Part shown: positions 55,106 to 64,000 of the stretch, one piece after another
Numbering within the stretch: the stretch's first letter is position 1
Layout: each line of letters starts with the position of its first letter
Assembly: GCA_031385005.1 (NCBI GenBank)
Contig: JANNBB010000026.1
Location: 35,669-99,668 of the forward strand
Length of the DNA stretch: 64,000 nt
DNA from: Bacteroidota bacterium
Lineage (GTDB): Bacteria; Bacteroidota; Bacteroidia; AKYH767-A; 2013-40CM-41-45
Reading direction: 5' to 3'
Translations under genes and position numbers: made by a program
The notes under the pieces: model-generated
Database searches by the model: none
Seen by the model: only the letters and a program-made list of their open reading frames with translations
What the model was told of the DNA's origin: nothing

Positions 55106-57541
55106 ATGGATATTCAATATATAGGTGAGCAACTGATTTGGGGAAAAATCGGGAACACCTTAGTTATGCTCGCTTTTACTTCTGCACTTTTAACAGCAGC
55201 ATGTTATTTTCTTTTTATCCGTACCAATGAGAATTCCTGGAAGTCGATTGCCCGAAAAGCATTTGCCGTTCAAACGTTAAGTATTTTAGGAATTTTCTCC
55301 TTGCTCTTTTACCTGATATTAAATCACCGCTTTGAGTATTATTATGTTTGGGAACACAGTGATACCAAAATGCCGCTTCGTTATATCCTATCCTGTTTTT
55401 GGGAAGGTCAGGAAGGTAGTTTTCTATTATGGATGTTTTGGCATTGCATTATCAGTTGGGTAATCATTGCAACAGCTAAATCTTGGGAGGCAGGCGTTAT
55501 GTTTGTTGTCGCATTGGCACAAGTATTTCTCGCTTCAATGATATTAGGCATTGTTATTTTTGACTACAAAATTGGTAGCAATCCATTTGTATTATTACGT
55601 GATCATCCTGACTTCGCCAATCTACCATTCATTAAGATGCCCGACTACCTAAGCAAGATAAATGATGGACGTGGATTAAATCCGCTTTTGCAAAATTACT
55701 GGATGACCATACATCCACCCACTCTCTTTCTTGGTTTTGGATTGACCATCGTTCCTTTTGCATTTGCCATTGCTTCGCTTATAAATAAAAAAGTTGATCA
55801 ATGGGTAAAACCAGCTCTTCCCTGGGCATTTGCTTGTGTGATGATTTTAGGTACAGGCATATTAATGGGAGCTGCCTGGGCATATGAATCCCTTAGCTTC
55901 GGTGGATTCTGGGCATGGGATCCGGTTGAGAATGCTTCATTGGTTCCCTGGATGACAATGACTGCAGGAGCGCATGTTATGTTGATTTATGCACATCGCA
56001 AACGTGCATTAGTATCGGCTTATTTACTTGCCTTAGCTACTTTTATTTTAATTCTTTACTCTACATTCTTAACACGAAGTGGAATTCTGGGTAATTCATC
56101 TGTGCATGCATTCACAGATTTAGGAATGTCAGGCCACCTTGTATTATTCATGGTGTTCTTTATTTTACTCGCATTTGGTTTAATGTTTTACAACAGAAAA
56201 TCGCTTTCAGAAAAAACAGAAGAAGAACACTTTTCTTCCCGTGAATTCTGGATGTTCATCGGTGTTTTAGTACTGGTAATTGGAAGTATTCAAATAACTT
56301 TTACCACCTCAACACCGGTTATAAATAAATTGTTTGGTACTAACCTTGCACCTCCCACAGACCCTATCGGTCATTACAATCAATGGCAGGTGCCTGTGGC
56401 CATTTTGCTCTGCCTGCTAATAGGTATTGGACAGTATTTCAAATACATTAAAACAGATTGGATGGCATTTTGGAAAAAACTTATGCCATCGGTAATTGTT
56501 TCATTACTTATAACCGGACTATCAGCATTCGTACTCGGAAAATATCCAGTTCATTATTACACCCTCCTTTTTGCTTCTGTCTTTGCTGTTGTAGCCAATA
56601 CTGATTATTTATTCAGAAGTCTGAAAGGTCGATTCTCAAATTCAGGCCCTTCTATCGCTCACATCGGTATCGGACTCATTCTTTGCGGAGCGCTAATTTC
56701 CAATTCAAAGAAAGAAATTATTTCCCGAAACATGAAGAGCATTGACTTGGGAAAGGATATTCCGAACAAAGAGAATATCCTGATGGAATTAAAGACTGAT
56801 ACGCTTCCAATGGGAGAATATTATGTAACATATACAGGAAACGAACAAAAAGGTGTTAATGTATTTTACAATATCAGCTATTTTAAATTGGACCGATCAA
56901 ATGGAGTTATGCAAAAAGAATTTGATTTAAAGCCATTCGTTCAATTGAACAAACGAATGGGCAATGTGGCTGAACCGGCAACGAAACATTTTCTTACACG
57001 CGATATTTACACGCATATTACCTATGCTGAATTAGAAGATAAAAATGAAGAACAACTGACAGCTGAATATGCTGCTCCTAAAGAACAGGATGTTGCTGTT
57101 GGCGACACTTTTGTTACCAGTAATAGCTTTGTAATCCTACAGCAATTAAATAAAGATGTTGAACGCGACGGACTTCATCTGAATGATTCTGATCTGGTAG
57201 TTGGCGCCAAACTAATCGTAGAAGATATCAATAAAAAATTATATACGGCGGAACCACTTTTTATTATCCGGAATTTCTCCATGATGACTCGTGAAGATGA
57301 AATTCCCGAGTTGGGATTAAAATTTTCTTTCAACAAGATCGATCCGAAAACAGGGAAAATTCAATTGAGCATTTTCGAAAAAAAGTCGAACAAAAAGAAT
57401 TTCATTATCATGAAAGCAATCATTTTCCCGGGAATTAATATACTTTGGATGGGGTGTTTTATGATGATCATCGGCTCCTTGATTGCGCTTCGTAAGAGGT
57501 TAAAAAGCAAAACAGCGGAAACACCTATTGAAAAAACATGA
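55106..57541 (+). CDS. ccmF: Cytochrome c-type biogenesis protein CcmF (heme lyase), long form
   Basis: WWD domain WAYESLSFGGFWAWDPVENASLVPW. Many TM helices. 811 aa with an extended C-terminal periplasmic region. Confidence 0.85.
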   Translation: MDIQYIGEQLIWGKIGNTLVMLAFTSALLTAACYFLFIRTNENSWKSIARKAFAVQTLSILGIFSLLFYLILNHRFEYYYVWEHSDTKMPLRYILSCFWEGQEGSFLLWMFWHCIISWVIIATAKSWEAGVMFVVALAQVFLASMILGIVIFDYKIGSNPFVLLRDHPDFANLPFIKMPDYLSKINDGRGLNPLLQNYWMTIHPPTLFLGFGLTIVPFAFAIASLINKKVDQWVKPALPWAFACVMILGTGILMGAAWAYESLSFGGFWAWDPVENASLVPWMTMTAGAHVMLIYAHRKRALVSAYLLALATFILILYSTFLTRSGILGNSSVHAFTDLGMSGHLVLFMVFFILLAFGLMFYNRKSLSEKTEEEHFSSREFWMFIGVLVLVIGSIQITFTTSTPVINKLFGTNLAPPTDPIGHYNQWQVPVAILLCLLIGIGQYFKYIKTDWMAFWKKLMPSVIVSLLITGLSAFVLGKYPVHYYTLLFASVFAVVANTDYLFRSLKGRFSNSGPSIAHIGIGLILCGALISNSKKEIISRNMKSIDLGKDIPNKENILMELKTDTLPMGEYYVTYTGNEQKGVNVFYNISYFKLDRSNGVMQKEFDLKPFVQLNKRMGNVAEPATKHFLTRDIYTHITYAELEDKNEEQLTAEYAAPKEQDVAVGDTFVTSNSFVILQQLNKDVERDGLHLNDSDLVVGAKLIVEDINKKLYTAEPLFIIRNFSMMTREDEIPELGLKFSFNKIDPKTGKIQLSIFEKKSNKKNFIIMKAIIFPGINILWMGCFMMIIGSLIALRKRLKSKTAETPIEKT

Positions 57542-58314
57542 AAATAGTTTTATTGGGATCCGGAAATGTTGCCAGTCACTTAGGGCCTATTCTACAACGT
57601 AAAGGTCATAAGATCATTCAGCTATTTAGTCATACCCGAAAAAATGGCTTTCCGCTTTCTAAAAAACTAAAATGCAGTTTCACTACAACTCCTGCTCAAA
57701 TTAATCCTTCTGCAGATTTATACATCGTTGCATTAAAGGACGACATCATTGCATCTTTCGTTAAAAAGCTAAACTTTATTCCGAAACTTATCGTGCATAC
57801 GTCAGGTTCTATAGGATTGGAAGTTTTTCCTAAAAAGTTTAAATCATCCGGTGTACTATATCCCTTGCAGACTTTATCGAAAAACACGGAAGTAAAACCG
57901 GATAACATACCTTATTGCATTGAAGGAAAGAGCGGCAAGTCATTAAACAGCATTCGTAAACTTGCTAATTCTATTTCTAGTCAGGTTTATGTATTCAATT
58001 CAGATCAACGAAAAGTCATTCATCTGGCTGCAGTTTTTGCGAATAATTTTTCAAATTATCTTTTTATTCTTGCTGATAAAATTTTGAAGAAAAAAAATAT
58101 CCCCTTCAAGATACTTGCACCACTCATTACCGAAACAGCTCAAAAAGTATTAAATGAAAAGCCGGAAAAAATACAAACTGGCCCTGCCAAGCGTGGAGAT
58201 AAAATTGTTATGGATAAACATACTGATTTACTGAAGAGCAATAAAGAAGCACAGAAAATTTACAAGATACTTTCTAAAAGCATTGCTAAATATTACAAAG
58301 TACCTGTTCAATAA
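57538..58314 (+). CDS. Rossmann-fold DUF2520 domain-containing protein (predicted NAD(P)-binding)
   Basis: N-terminal motif VLLGSGNVASHL, which is GxGxxA-like. Its ATG overlaps the ccmF stop. Confidence 0.6.
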   Translation: MKIVLLGSGNVASHLGPILQRKGHKIIQLFSHTRKNGFPLSKKLKCSFTTTPAQINPSADLYIVALKDDIIASFVKKLNFIPKLIVHTSGSIGLEVFPKKFKSSGVLYPLQTLSKNTEVKPDNIPYCIEGKSGKSLNSIRKLANSISSQVYVFNSDQRKVIHLAAVFANNFSNYLFILADKILKKKNIPFKILAPLITETAQKVLNEKPEKIQTGPAKRGDKIVMDKHTDLLKSNKEAQKIYKILSKSIAKYYKVPVQ

Positions 58315-58416
58315 GTTGAATCCGTTCTGCCAATGGAGTAAACTTTCCATATTCAGCCGTTGATATCTGGAAGGATTTTTACTTTATCCACCTATAATTT
58401 TTACTATACTTGCTGA

Positions 58417-58929
58417 ATGAATCCCAATTTCAAGCAGTCTCTTAATAAAGTACGGTGCTTTATTTTTGACATCGATGGCGTACTGACAAATGGATCCCTG
58501 ATTGTCATGCCCGGTGAATTACACAGAGTTATGAACATTCGCGACGGCTATGCATTAAAAGAAGCCGTTGACAAAGGCTATGTTGTTGCCATCATTTCCG
58601 GAGGAAAATCCGAAAGTGTAAGAACACGACTAGCCAATCTTGGCATTAAGGATATTTATCTTGCTGCAGAAAACAAATCAGAAAAAATGGATGAACTCAT
58701 CTCTCAATATGACTTACAAGAAGATGAGATCTTATATATGGGCGACGATCTTCCCGACTATGAAGTCATGAAACGTACCGGAGTTCCTTGTTGTCCTGCA
58801 GATGCTGCGCCTGAAATCAAAGAATTGAGTGCTTATATTAGCCCTATAAAGGGTGGCGAAGGTTGTGTCAGAGATGTTATCGAGCAAGTGCTTCGCTTAC
58901 ATGGTAAGTGGCCGTTTCAAAAAACTTAA
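58417..58929 (+). CDS. kdsC: 3-deoxy-D-manno-octulosonate 8-phosphate phosphatase (HAD family)
   Basis: HAD motif I FIFDIDGVLT and motif IV GDDLPD. The size is typical of KdsC. Confidence 0.8.
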   Translation: MNPNFKQSLNKVRCFIFDIDGVLTNGSLIVMPGELHRVMNIRDGYALKEAVDKGYVVAIISGGKSESVRTRLANLGIKDIYLAAENKSEKMDELISQYDLQEDEILYMGDDLPDYEVMKRTGVPCCPADAAPEIKELSAYISPIKGGEGCVRDVIEQVLRLHGKWPFQKT

Positions 58930-58939
58930 TTACGGATTT

Positions 58940-59857
58940 ATGTTGAAATATATCCGCCTGATAAGATTACCGAATCTGATAATTATTGCCTTTACACAAT
59001 TGCTTATCAGAAATTATCTGATCATCCCGGCTTTTAAAGCAGAATATTTTGTGACTGGCATTTTCCCAACCCATTTATCCGATTTTTCATTTTTTTTACT
59101 CACTCTTTCAACGATATTAATCGCGGCTGGTGGATATGTGATTAACGATTATTTTGATGTTGATATCGATCGGGTTAATCGTCCCGGTACAAACAATATT
59201 GGAACTTCCATCAGCAAAAAAGCAGCATTTAATTTATTTATAGTTTGCAGCTTGATTGGAGTGATTGTGGGATTTTATCTGGCTATTGGTATCTCTCATC
59301 CGATTATCGGATTTGTTCCCTTATTTTCTGCAATCTCCTTATGGATGTATTCATCCTTTTATAAGAGAAGATTTTTAATTGGTAATTTAATTGTATCCAT
59401 GCTTTCGGCTCTATCGGTTTTGTTACCCGGATTATTCGAACCCGAATTTTACAGAAACTTTGTTTATATTTCCTGGTATTCCGTCATCGCTTTTCTTTTA
59501 AGTATGGTCAGAGAATTGATTAAAGACATGGAAGATATCGATGGCGATATTCAATTTAAATGCAACTCGGTTCCTATACAATGGGGATTAAAAAAAGCCA
59601 AGTGGCTTGTTGTATTATTTATCTTACTTGCGATCAGTTATATTCATTATATACTGATAAATTTCTTTTATACAAACAAGGTAATTGACTTTTGGTATTT
59701 ATCTCTCCTGTTTATTATTCCATTAGCTGCCCTATCCTATTTGGTATTAACTGCACGCGAAAAAAAAGATTTCTATTATGCCAGTCTATTCACTAAAGCC
59801 ATAATGGTTATTGGCATATTGACCATTTATCCACTCTGGTATTATTTTCTAAAATAA
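58940..59857 (+). CDS. UbiA family prenyltransferase
   Basis: Asp-rich motif YVINDYFDVDIDRVNRP, with about 8 TM helices. The start at MLKYIRL is preferred, which removes the overlap with kdsC. Confidence 0.7.
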   Translation: MLKYIRLIRLPNLIIIAFTQLLIRNYLIIPAFKAEYFVTGIFPTHLSDFSFFLLTLSTILIAAGGYVINDYFDVDIDRVNRPGTNNIGTSISKKAAFNLFIVCSLIGVIVGFYLAIGISHPIIGFVPLFSAISLWMYSSFYKRRFLIGNLIVSMLSALSVLLPGLFEPEFYRNFVYISWYSVIAFLLSMVRELIKDMEDIDGDIQFKCNSVPIQWGLKKAKWLVVLFILLAISYIHYILINFFYTNKVIDFWYLSLLFIIPLAALSYLVLTAREKKDFYYASLFTKAIMVIGILTIYPLWYYFLK

Positions 59858-59858
59858 T

Positions 59859-60536
59859 ATGATAAACTTTCACCGAAAAATCCTTCTTGGATCCGGCTCT
59901 CCTCGAAGAAAATTATTGCTTCGGGAATTAGGATTTTATTTTCGGACACAAACGAGCGATACAGCAGAAATTCCTCTGCCGCATTTGGTAAAGGGCGATG
60001 TTGCGGTTTATCTGGCAGAAGAAAAGGCGGACTTTTTGAAAAAATTCATTTTCGAAGATGAAATTTTAGTTACGGCAGATACAATCGTTTGCCTGGATGA
60101 AAGTGTTTTAGGAAAACCGGGCGATTCAGCCCATGCTTCTGAAATGCTTCGTCTACTTTCAGGTAAAACACATCAGGTATTTACAGCCATTTGCCTGATA
60201 GATGAACATAAAAGCAAATCGATTTGCGTCCAATCGAATGTCACTTTTCATCCGCTTTCGGATTATGATATTAAACATTATATAGAAGTTTATCATCCGT
60301 TCGACAAAGCAGGTTCATATGGTGCACAGGAATGTTTACAGGAAGGAATAAATCCTTGCTCGATGGAAGAAAAAATATTTCTGAAACGAATCGGCGAAAA
60401 CGACTTATATGAACGAACGAAATCAAAATCAGTAGCCGAAAGAATACCTCTTATAGATCACATTGAAGGGAGTTACTTTAATGTAATGGGTTTGCCAATA
60501 ATCGAATTAGTAACCGAGTTAGAAAACTGGAATTAG
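59859..60536 (+). CDS. maf: Maf-like nucleoside triphosphate pyrophosphatase
   Basis: N-terminus ILLGSGSPRRKLLL and the core of the Maf/Ham1 fold. About 35 extra C-terminal residues. Confidence 0.8.
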   Translation: MINFHRKILLGSGSPRRKLLLRELGFYFRTQTSDTAEIPLPHLVKGDVAVYLAEEKADFLKKFIFEDEILVTADTIVCLDESVLGKPGDSAHASEMLRLLSGKTHQVFTAICLIDEHKSKSICVQSNVTFHPLSDYDIKHYIEVYHPFDKAGSYGAQECLQEGINPCSMEEKIFLKRIGENDLYERTKSKSVAERIPLIDHIEGSYFNVMGLPIIELVTELENWN

Positions 60537-60701
60537 TCAATTGAAATATTTCCTGTGATTTCATATTCAGACCAACAATTAAGAAACAGAAAATTACTTT
60601 GAAATCCCGGTCGTGAGATTGAAAAAGTAAATATATTTTCACATCATAAAAATAAACAGGCCATCAAGAAACCCATAACACTGAAATCCGCCTACCTGAA
60701 A

Positions 60702-61586
60702 ATGCACCTGGCTATTTTCCTCTGGGGGTTTACCGGACTTCTTGGTAAATTGATAGATTTAAATGAAGGATTACTGGTTTGGTATCGTTTGTTGATCAGC
60801 AGTATTGCGATAGCTCTCTTACTATTCTTTACCAAGAGAATTCCAAAAATTTCATTAAAAGAAACAATTAAAATTGGCGCTATCGGATTTCTGGTGATGT
60901 TACATTGGGTGGCCTTTTATGGCTCAATAAAACTATCCAGCATTTCTGTTGCGATGATTTGCCTTTCATCCATTGCTCTTTTTGCATCTATTCTGGAGCC
61001 GCTAATAAATAAAACCAAATTTGATCCACTGGAAATATTTTTTAGTGCATTGGCGGTTACAGGCATTTCTGCCATTTATAATTCAGATACTAGTGCCGCA
61101 AACGGTGTTATTGTAGGTATAATAAGTGCTATTCTCAGTGCCATATTTTCTATTTTGAACAAAAGAATTACAAATAAATACGAACCACTAACAATTAGTC
61201 TGATCGAACTTTCCAGTGGATGGATCTTTCTCACACTTTTGTTTCCTGTTTACTTTCTGTTTCAGCCAACCACAAAGTACATCCCTACCCTCAATGACTT
61301 CCTGCTGTTACTTTTTCTTTCGCTAGTCTGTACGGTTCTTACCTGGATATTATCATTGCAGGCCCTGAGAAAGGTTTCTGCCTATACAATGGGACTGGCA
61401 TTGAATCTTGAGCCGGTTTACGGAATAGTCCTTGCCATTGCTTTTGCCGGTGAAGGAAGATTGATGAATCAAAGTTTCATAAAGGGAGCGGTAATTATTT
61501 TAATTACAATCATACTCCATACGATTTACAAATTCAGGAAATCAAAAAAAATTCCGGAAAATTCTATCGGACCAACCATGAGCTGA
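60702..61586 (+). CDS. EamA/DMT superfamily transporter
   Basis: Ten predicted TM helices in two EamA-like halves. Confidence 0.7.
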   Translation: MHLAIFLWGFTGLLGKLIDLNEGLLVWYRLLISSIAIALLLFFTKRIPKISLKETIKIGAIGFLVMLHWVAFYGSIKLSSISVAMICLSSIALFASILEPLINKTKFDPLEIFFSALAVTGISAIYNSDTSAANGVIVGIISAILSAIFSILNKRITNKYEPLTISLIELSSGWIFLTLLFPVYFLFQPTTKYIPTLNDFLLLLFLSLVCTVLTWILSLQALRKVSAYTMGLALNLEPVYGIVLAIAFAGEGRLMNQSFIKGAVIILITIILHTIYKFRKSKKIPENSIGPTMS

Positions 61587-61656
61587 TACTTTTTTTTAGA
61601 AAAAAAATCAGAAAAAATATTTTTTGTAAAGAAAATAAAATATTACTTAGAGAAAA

Positions 61657-62400
61657 TTAAATTGCATTAACAAATGAATGCTCCAGTTTTATAAGCTCGC
61701 CATTTTTCAAAACAGGAATTACGTTAGTTTGATCGGGAGTCAAACAATACCGAACATCTTTTTTCAGATTTAAACTATGCAGACGTTCTTTATGCGAAGA
61801 ATGACTGAGAAACTTATGTGGTTCATTGCGCGCCTGCTGATACAAATATTTTAAAGCGAGACAGGCATCGCCGAGTTTATAATCGTCAGTCAGCGCCGTA
61901 AGGGCTTCTGTCATCGCTCCTGCAAAAAGAGCATCTTCCAAATTGAATTTATTTATCCATCCTGAACACAAAAGCAATACGCTGCGTTTCTCGCTGAAAA
62001 GCCACTGACTGAGAGCAGTAATATTCAGGAAGGATCCGATCACTACTTTGTGAGCATCCCGGGCAACATCGATGGCTTGTGTACCATTGGTAGTTGTAAT
62101 TACGATCGTCTTTCCTTTTACGGCATCTCCCATATAGCTGAAAGGGGAATTACCAAAATCAAAACCTTCAACGGGAATAGCATCTCTTTCAGCACCTGCA
62201 AGATAACCTTTGGCTTTCCAAATCCTCGCTTCTTCAACAGTTGCAACGGGAATAATTTTTTCCGCACCGTGTTCGAATGCCGTACAAATTGCAGAGGTTG
62301 CACGCAGAATGTCGATAATCACGACAATATTCTCATCGTTCCTGTAAATAGGATACAGATATGGTGAAAAACATGCGTCAAGTGTAATTTTATCGCTCAT
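61657..62400 (-). CDS. comB: 2-phosphosulfolactate phosphatase family protein
   Basis: ComB family N-terminal motif IVVIIDILRATSAICTA. Confidence 0.75.
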   Translation of the reverse strand: MSDKITLDACFSPYLYPIYRNDENIVVIIDILRATSAICTAFEHGAEKIIPVATVEEARIWKAKGYLAGAERDAIPVEGFDFGNSPFSYMGDAVKGKTIVITTTNGTQAIDVARDAHKVVIGSFLNITALSQWLFSEKRSVLLLCSGWINKFNLEDALFAGAMTEALTALTDDYKLGDACLALKYLYQQARNEPHKFLSHSSHKERLHSLNLKKDVRYCLTPDQTNVIPVLKNGELIKLEHSFVNAI

Positions 62401-63482
62401 TATTTTTTATAAAAAGGAACCTTCACAACTTTTGCCTTCAGGTTTTTGTCTCTGATGCGAATATAAACTTCGTGACCTTCACCTGCAAATGGTGTTTGGA
62501 TATAAGCCATACCAATTGCCTTCTGAAGCGAAGGCGATTGGGTACCGGAAGTAACACGTCCAATCTCTTTTCCTTCGTTATCGACAACGGGGTAGTCCTT
62601 CCGTGGAATTCCACGATCGATCATTTCGAAGCCAACAAGTTTTTGAGATACACCATCTTCTTTCTGTTTTTTTAAAACCTCGCTATTCACAAATTCTTTG
62701 GTAAACTTGGTAATCCAACCCAGGCCTGCTTCGATGGGTGAAGTTGTATCATCGATATCGTTTCCATAGAGGCAAAAACCCATTTCAAGACGCAAGGTAT
62801 CTCGAGCACCTAATCCGACTGGTTTTATTCCATAAGCTTTCCCGGATTCAAAAATGGCTTTCCATATTTTATCTGCAGCTGCATTGTCAAAATAAATTTC
62901 AAATCCGCCGGCTCCTGTATATCCTGTAGCAGAAATCAATACATTATCAACTCCGGCGAATCGTCCTTTCCTGAACGTGTAGTATTCCATTTCTTTCAGG
63001 TTGATATCGGTTAGCGATTGCAATGCATCGGCAGCGAGTGGACCCTGAACAGCCAACAAGGTTGTCTTTTCAGAAATATCGTGCATTTCAACACCATCTT
63101 TGTTATGCTTTTCCAACCAATTCCAGTCCTTCGTAATATTGGAGGCATTTACGACAAGCATATATGTTTTATCGTCGATGCGATAGACTAATAGATCGTC
63201 AACGATGCCACCTCTATCATTCGGAAAACAACTGTACTGAATTTTTCCATCAACTAATTTAGATGCGTCGTTGCTTGTAACCAACTGGATTAAACTGAGT
63301 GCCTTCTCCCCTTTCAATATAAACTCTCCCATGTGTGATACATCGAAGACCCCGACTTTTGTTCTGACAGTCTCATGTTCCGCATTTATTCCTTCGTAAG
63401 AAACCGGCATGATATATCCGGCAAAAGGCACCATCTTAGCTCCTAAGGCAATGTGTGTATCTGTCAAGGAAGTACTTTTCAT
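62400..63482 (-). CDS. gcvT: Glycine cleavage system aminomethyltransferase (T protein)
   Basis: N-terminus [46 protein letters not shown]. The start at MKSTSL is preferred. Confidence 0.9.
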   Translation of the reverse strand: MKSTSLTDTHIALGAKMVPFAGYIMPVSYEGINAEHETVRTKVGVFDVSHMGEFILKGEKALSLIQLVTSNDASKLVDGKIQYSCFPNDRGGIVDDLLVYRIDDKTYMLVVNASNITKDWNWLEKHNKDGVEMHDISEKTTLLAVQGPLAADALQSLTDINLKEMEYYTFRKGRFAGVDNVLISATGYTGAGGFEIYFDNAAADKIWKAIFESGKAYGIKPVGLGARDTLRLEMGFCLYGNDIDDTTSPIEAGLGWITKFTKEFVNSEVLKKQKEDGVSQKLVGFEMIDRGIPRKDYPVVDNEGKEIGRVTSGTQSPSLQKAIGMAYIQTPFAGEGHEVYIRIRDKNLKAKVVKVPFYKK

Positions 63483-63610
63483 TATCGTTTCCGCTTCATT
63501 CATATTATTTCAATTATTTATTTTGTTAAAAGAATTCACTTTATTTTGAAAGAACTAATAGGACAAAAAATTACCAACAGTTCATTTTATCGATTTCTGC
63601 TTCAATGAAT

Positions 63611-64000
63611 TTATCGTTTTTCTTTATCAAATAAACGCAAAAAATTCTCTTTATTCGAACGTGTAGAGTAATTATCTACTATTTTTTGTCTTGTTCCTTC
63701 ACTTAATTTTTTCAAAAAAGAAGGATCGGAAATTATTTTTTCAAGAGCATCATACCATTCAGAAGTCGTTTTGCAAACAAATCCATTAATTCCATTGTCT
63801 ACTATTTCGGCATTGACTCCGACGCCGGAAACAATAGCAGGAATACCCAGAGCCATGTATTGCAACGCTTTAAAACCACATTTACCCTTTGCCCAGATAT
63901 CTTCTCGAAGAGGCATCAGCCCTACGTTGAATTTCAACAAATCATCAATTTCATTTATTTTACTCCACTTTACAAATTTCAAAGATTTGAGCTGGAATTT
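63611..64000 (-). CDS. Glycosyltransferase family 4, C-terminal part only; the N-terminus lies beyond the right edge of the window.
   Basis: GT4 C-terminal EX7E region (KCGFKALQYMALGIPAIVSGVGVNAEIVDNGINGF). The ORF is open to the window end. Confidence 0.65.
   Translation of the reverse strand, partial: KFQLKSLKFVKWSKINEIDDLLKFNVGLMPLREDIWAKGKCGFKALQYMALGIPAIVSGVGVNAEIVDNGINGFVCKTTSEWYDALEKIISDPSFLKKLSEGTRQKIVDNYSTRSNKENFLRLFDKEKR

Noticed and set aside
58853-58939. The ORF-track start of the UbiA-family gene at 58853 (MAKVVSEM...), which overlaps kdsC by 77 bp
   Set aside because: The hydrophobic UbiA core begins at the internal Met (MLKYIRLIRLPNLII) at 58940, immediately after the kdsC stop. 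The upstream extension is hydrophilic and overlaps kdsC in another frame.
1-64000. Mobile elements, integrases, prophage, CRISPR-Cas, restriction-modification and toxin-antitoxin loci
   Set aside because: I looked for transposase/integrase-like ORFs, terminal inverted repeats, direct repeats flanking the tRNA-His, and regularly spaced repeats, and found none. The YwqK/MORN protein has no partner toxin. The THUMP and SAM methyltransferases are RNA/small-molecule type, not R-M.

Overview
This 64 kb window looks like a contiguous, AT-rich chromosomal segment of a Bacteroidota (Bacteroidetes) genome. The phylum call rests on three protein-level signals and one DNA-level signal. Three proteins carry type IX secretion (T9SS) C-terminal sorting domains. 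The proteome has Bacteroidota-typical genes (DUF3078, DUF349, WbqC, YwqK/MORN, a short 287-aa RpoD, alt-type CcmD). Several intergenic regions carry the TAnnTTTG -7 promoter element. The window is gene-dense (about 60 CDS, roughly 90% coding), and I see no transposase, integrase, CRISPR array or phage genes.

Recognisable housekeeping genes: a 5'-truncated P5C dehydrogenase, an FtsB-like septation protein, ribosomal L31 type B, pfkA, a THUMP methyltransferase, corA, mazG, apaG, dapF, rpoD, htrA, a long GAPDH-family protein, mnmA, a POT peptide transporter, one tRNA-His(GTG), a P1B-type metal ATPase, bshB1, kdsC, maf, comB and gcvT.

More interesting content, in order of interest: (i) a co-operonic thioredoxin-like protein (Cys-Pro-Ala-Thr monothiol motif) and a lipoprotein that fuses an N-terminal CxxCH heme-c motif to a PHM/DBH-like copper monooxygenase His/Met signature. 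(ii) A DUF1501/DUF1800 pair in which the DUF1501 protein carries both a twin-arginine (Tat) signal and a T9SS sorting domain. (iii) A heptaheme cytochrome c-TPR lipoprotein beside a two-component system. (iv) A System-I-type cytochrome c maturation cluster (ccmBCDEF) with no ccmA/G/H in cis and a CcmE that has CxxxY in place of the canonical HxxxY heme-binding motif. (v) A B12-domain-less methylmalonyl-CoA-mutase catalytic subunit in an unusual operon with a GlmU-like nucleotidyltransferase. (vi) A tRNA-His whose acceptor stem shows two U.U mismatches. I see no unambiguous defence system. All functional calls come from motif recognition in the supplied translations, with no database search.
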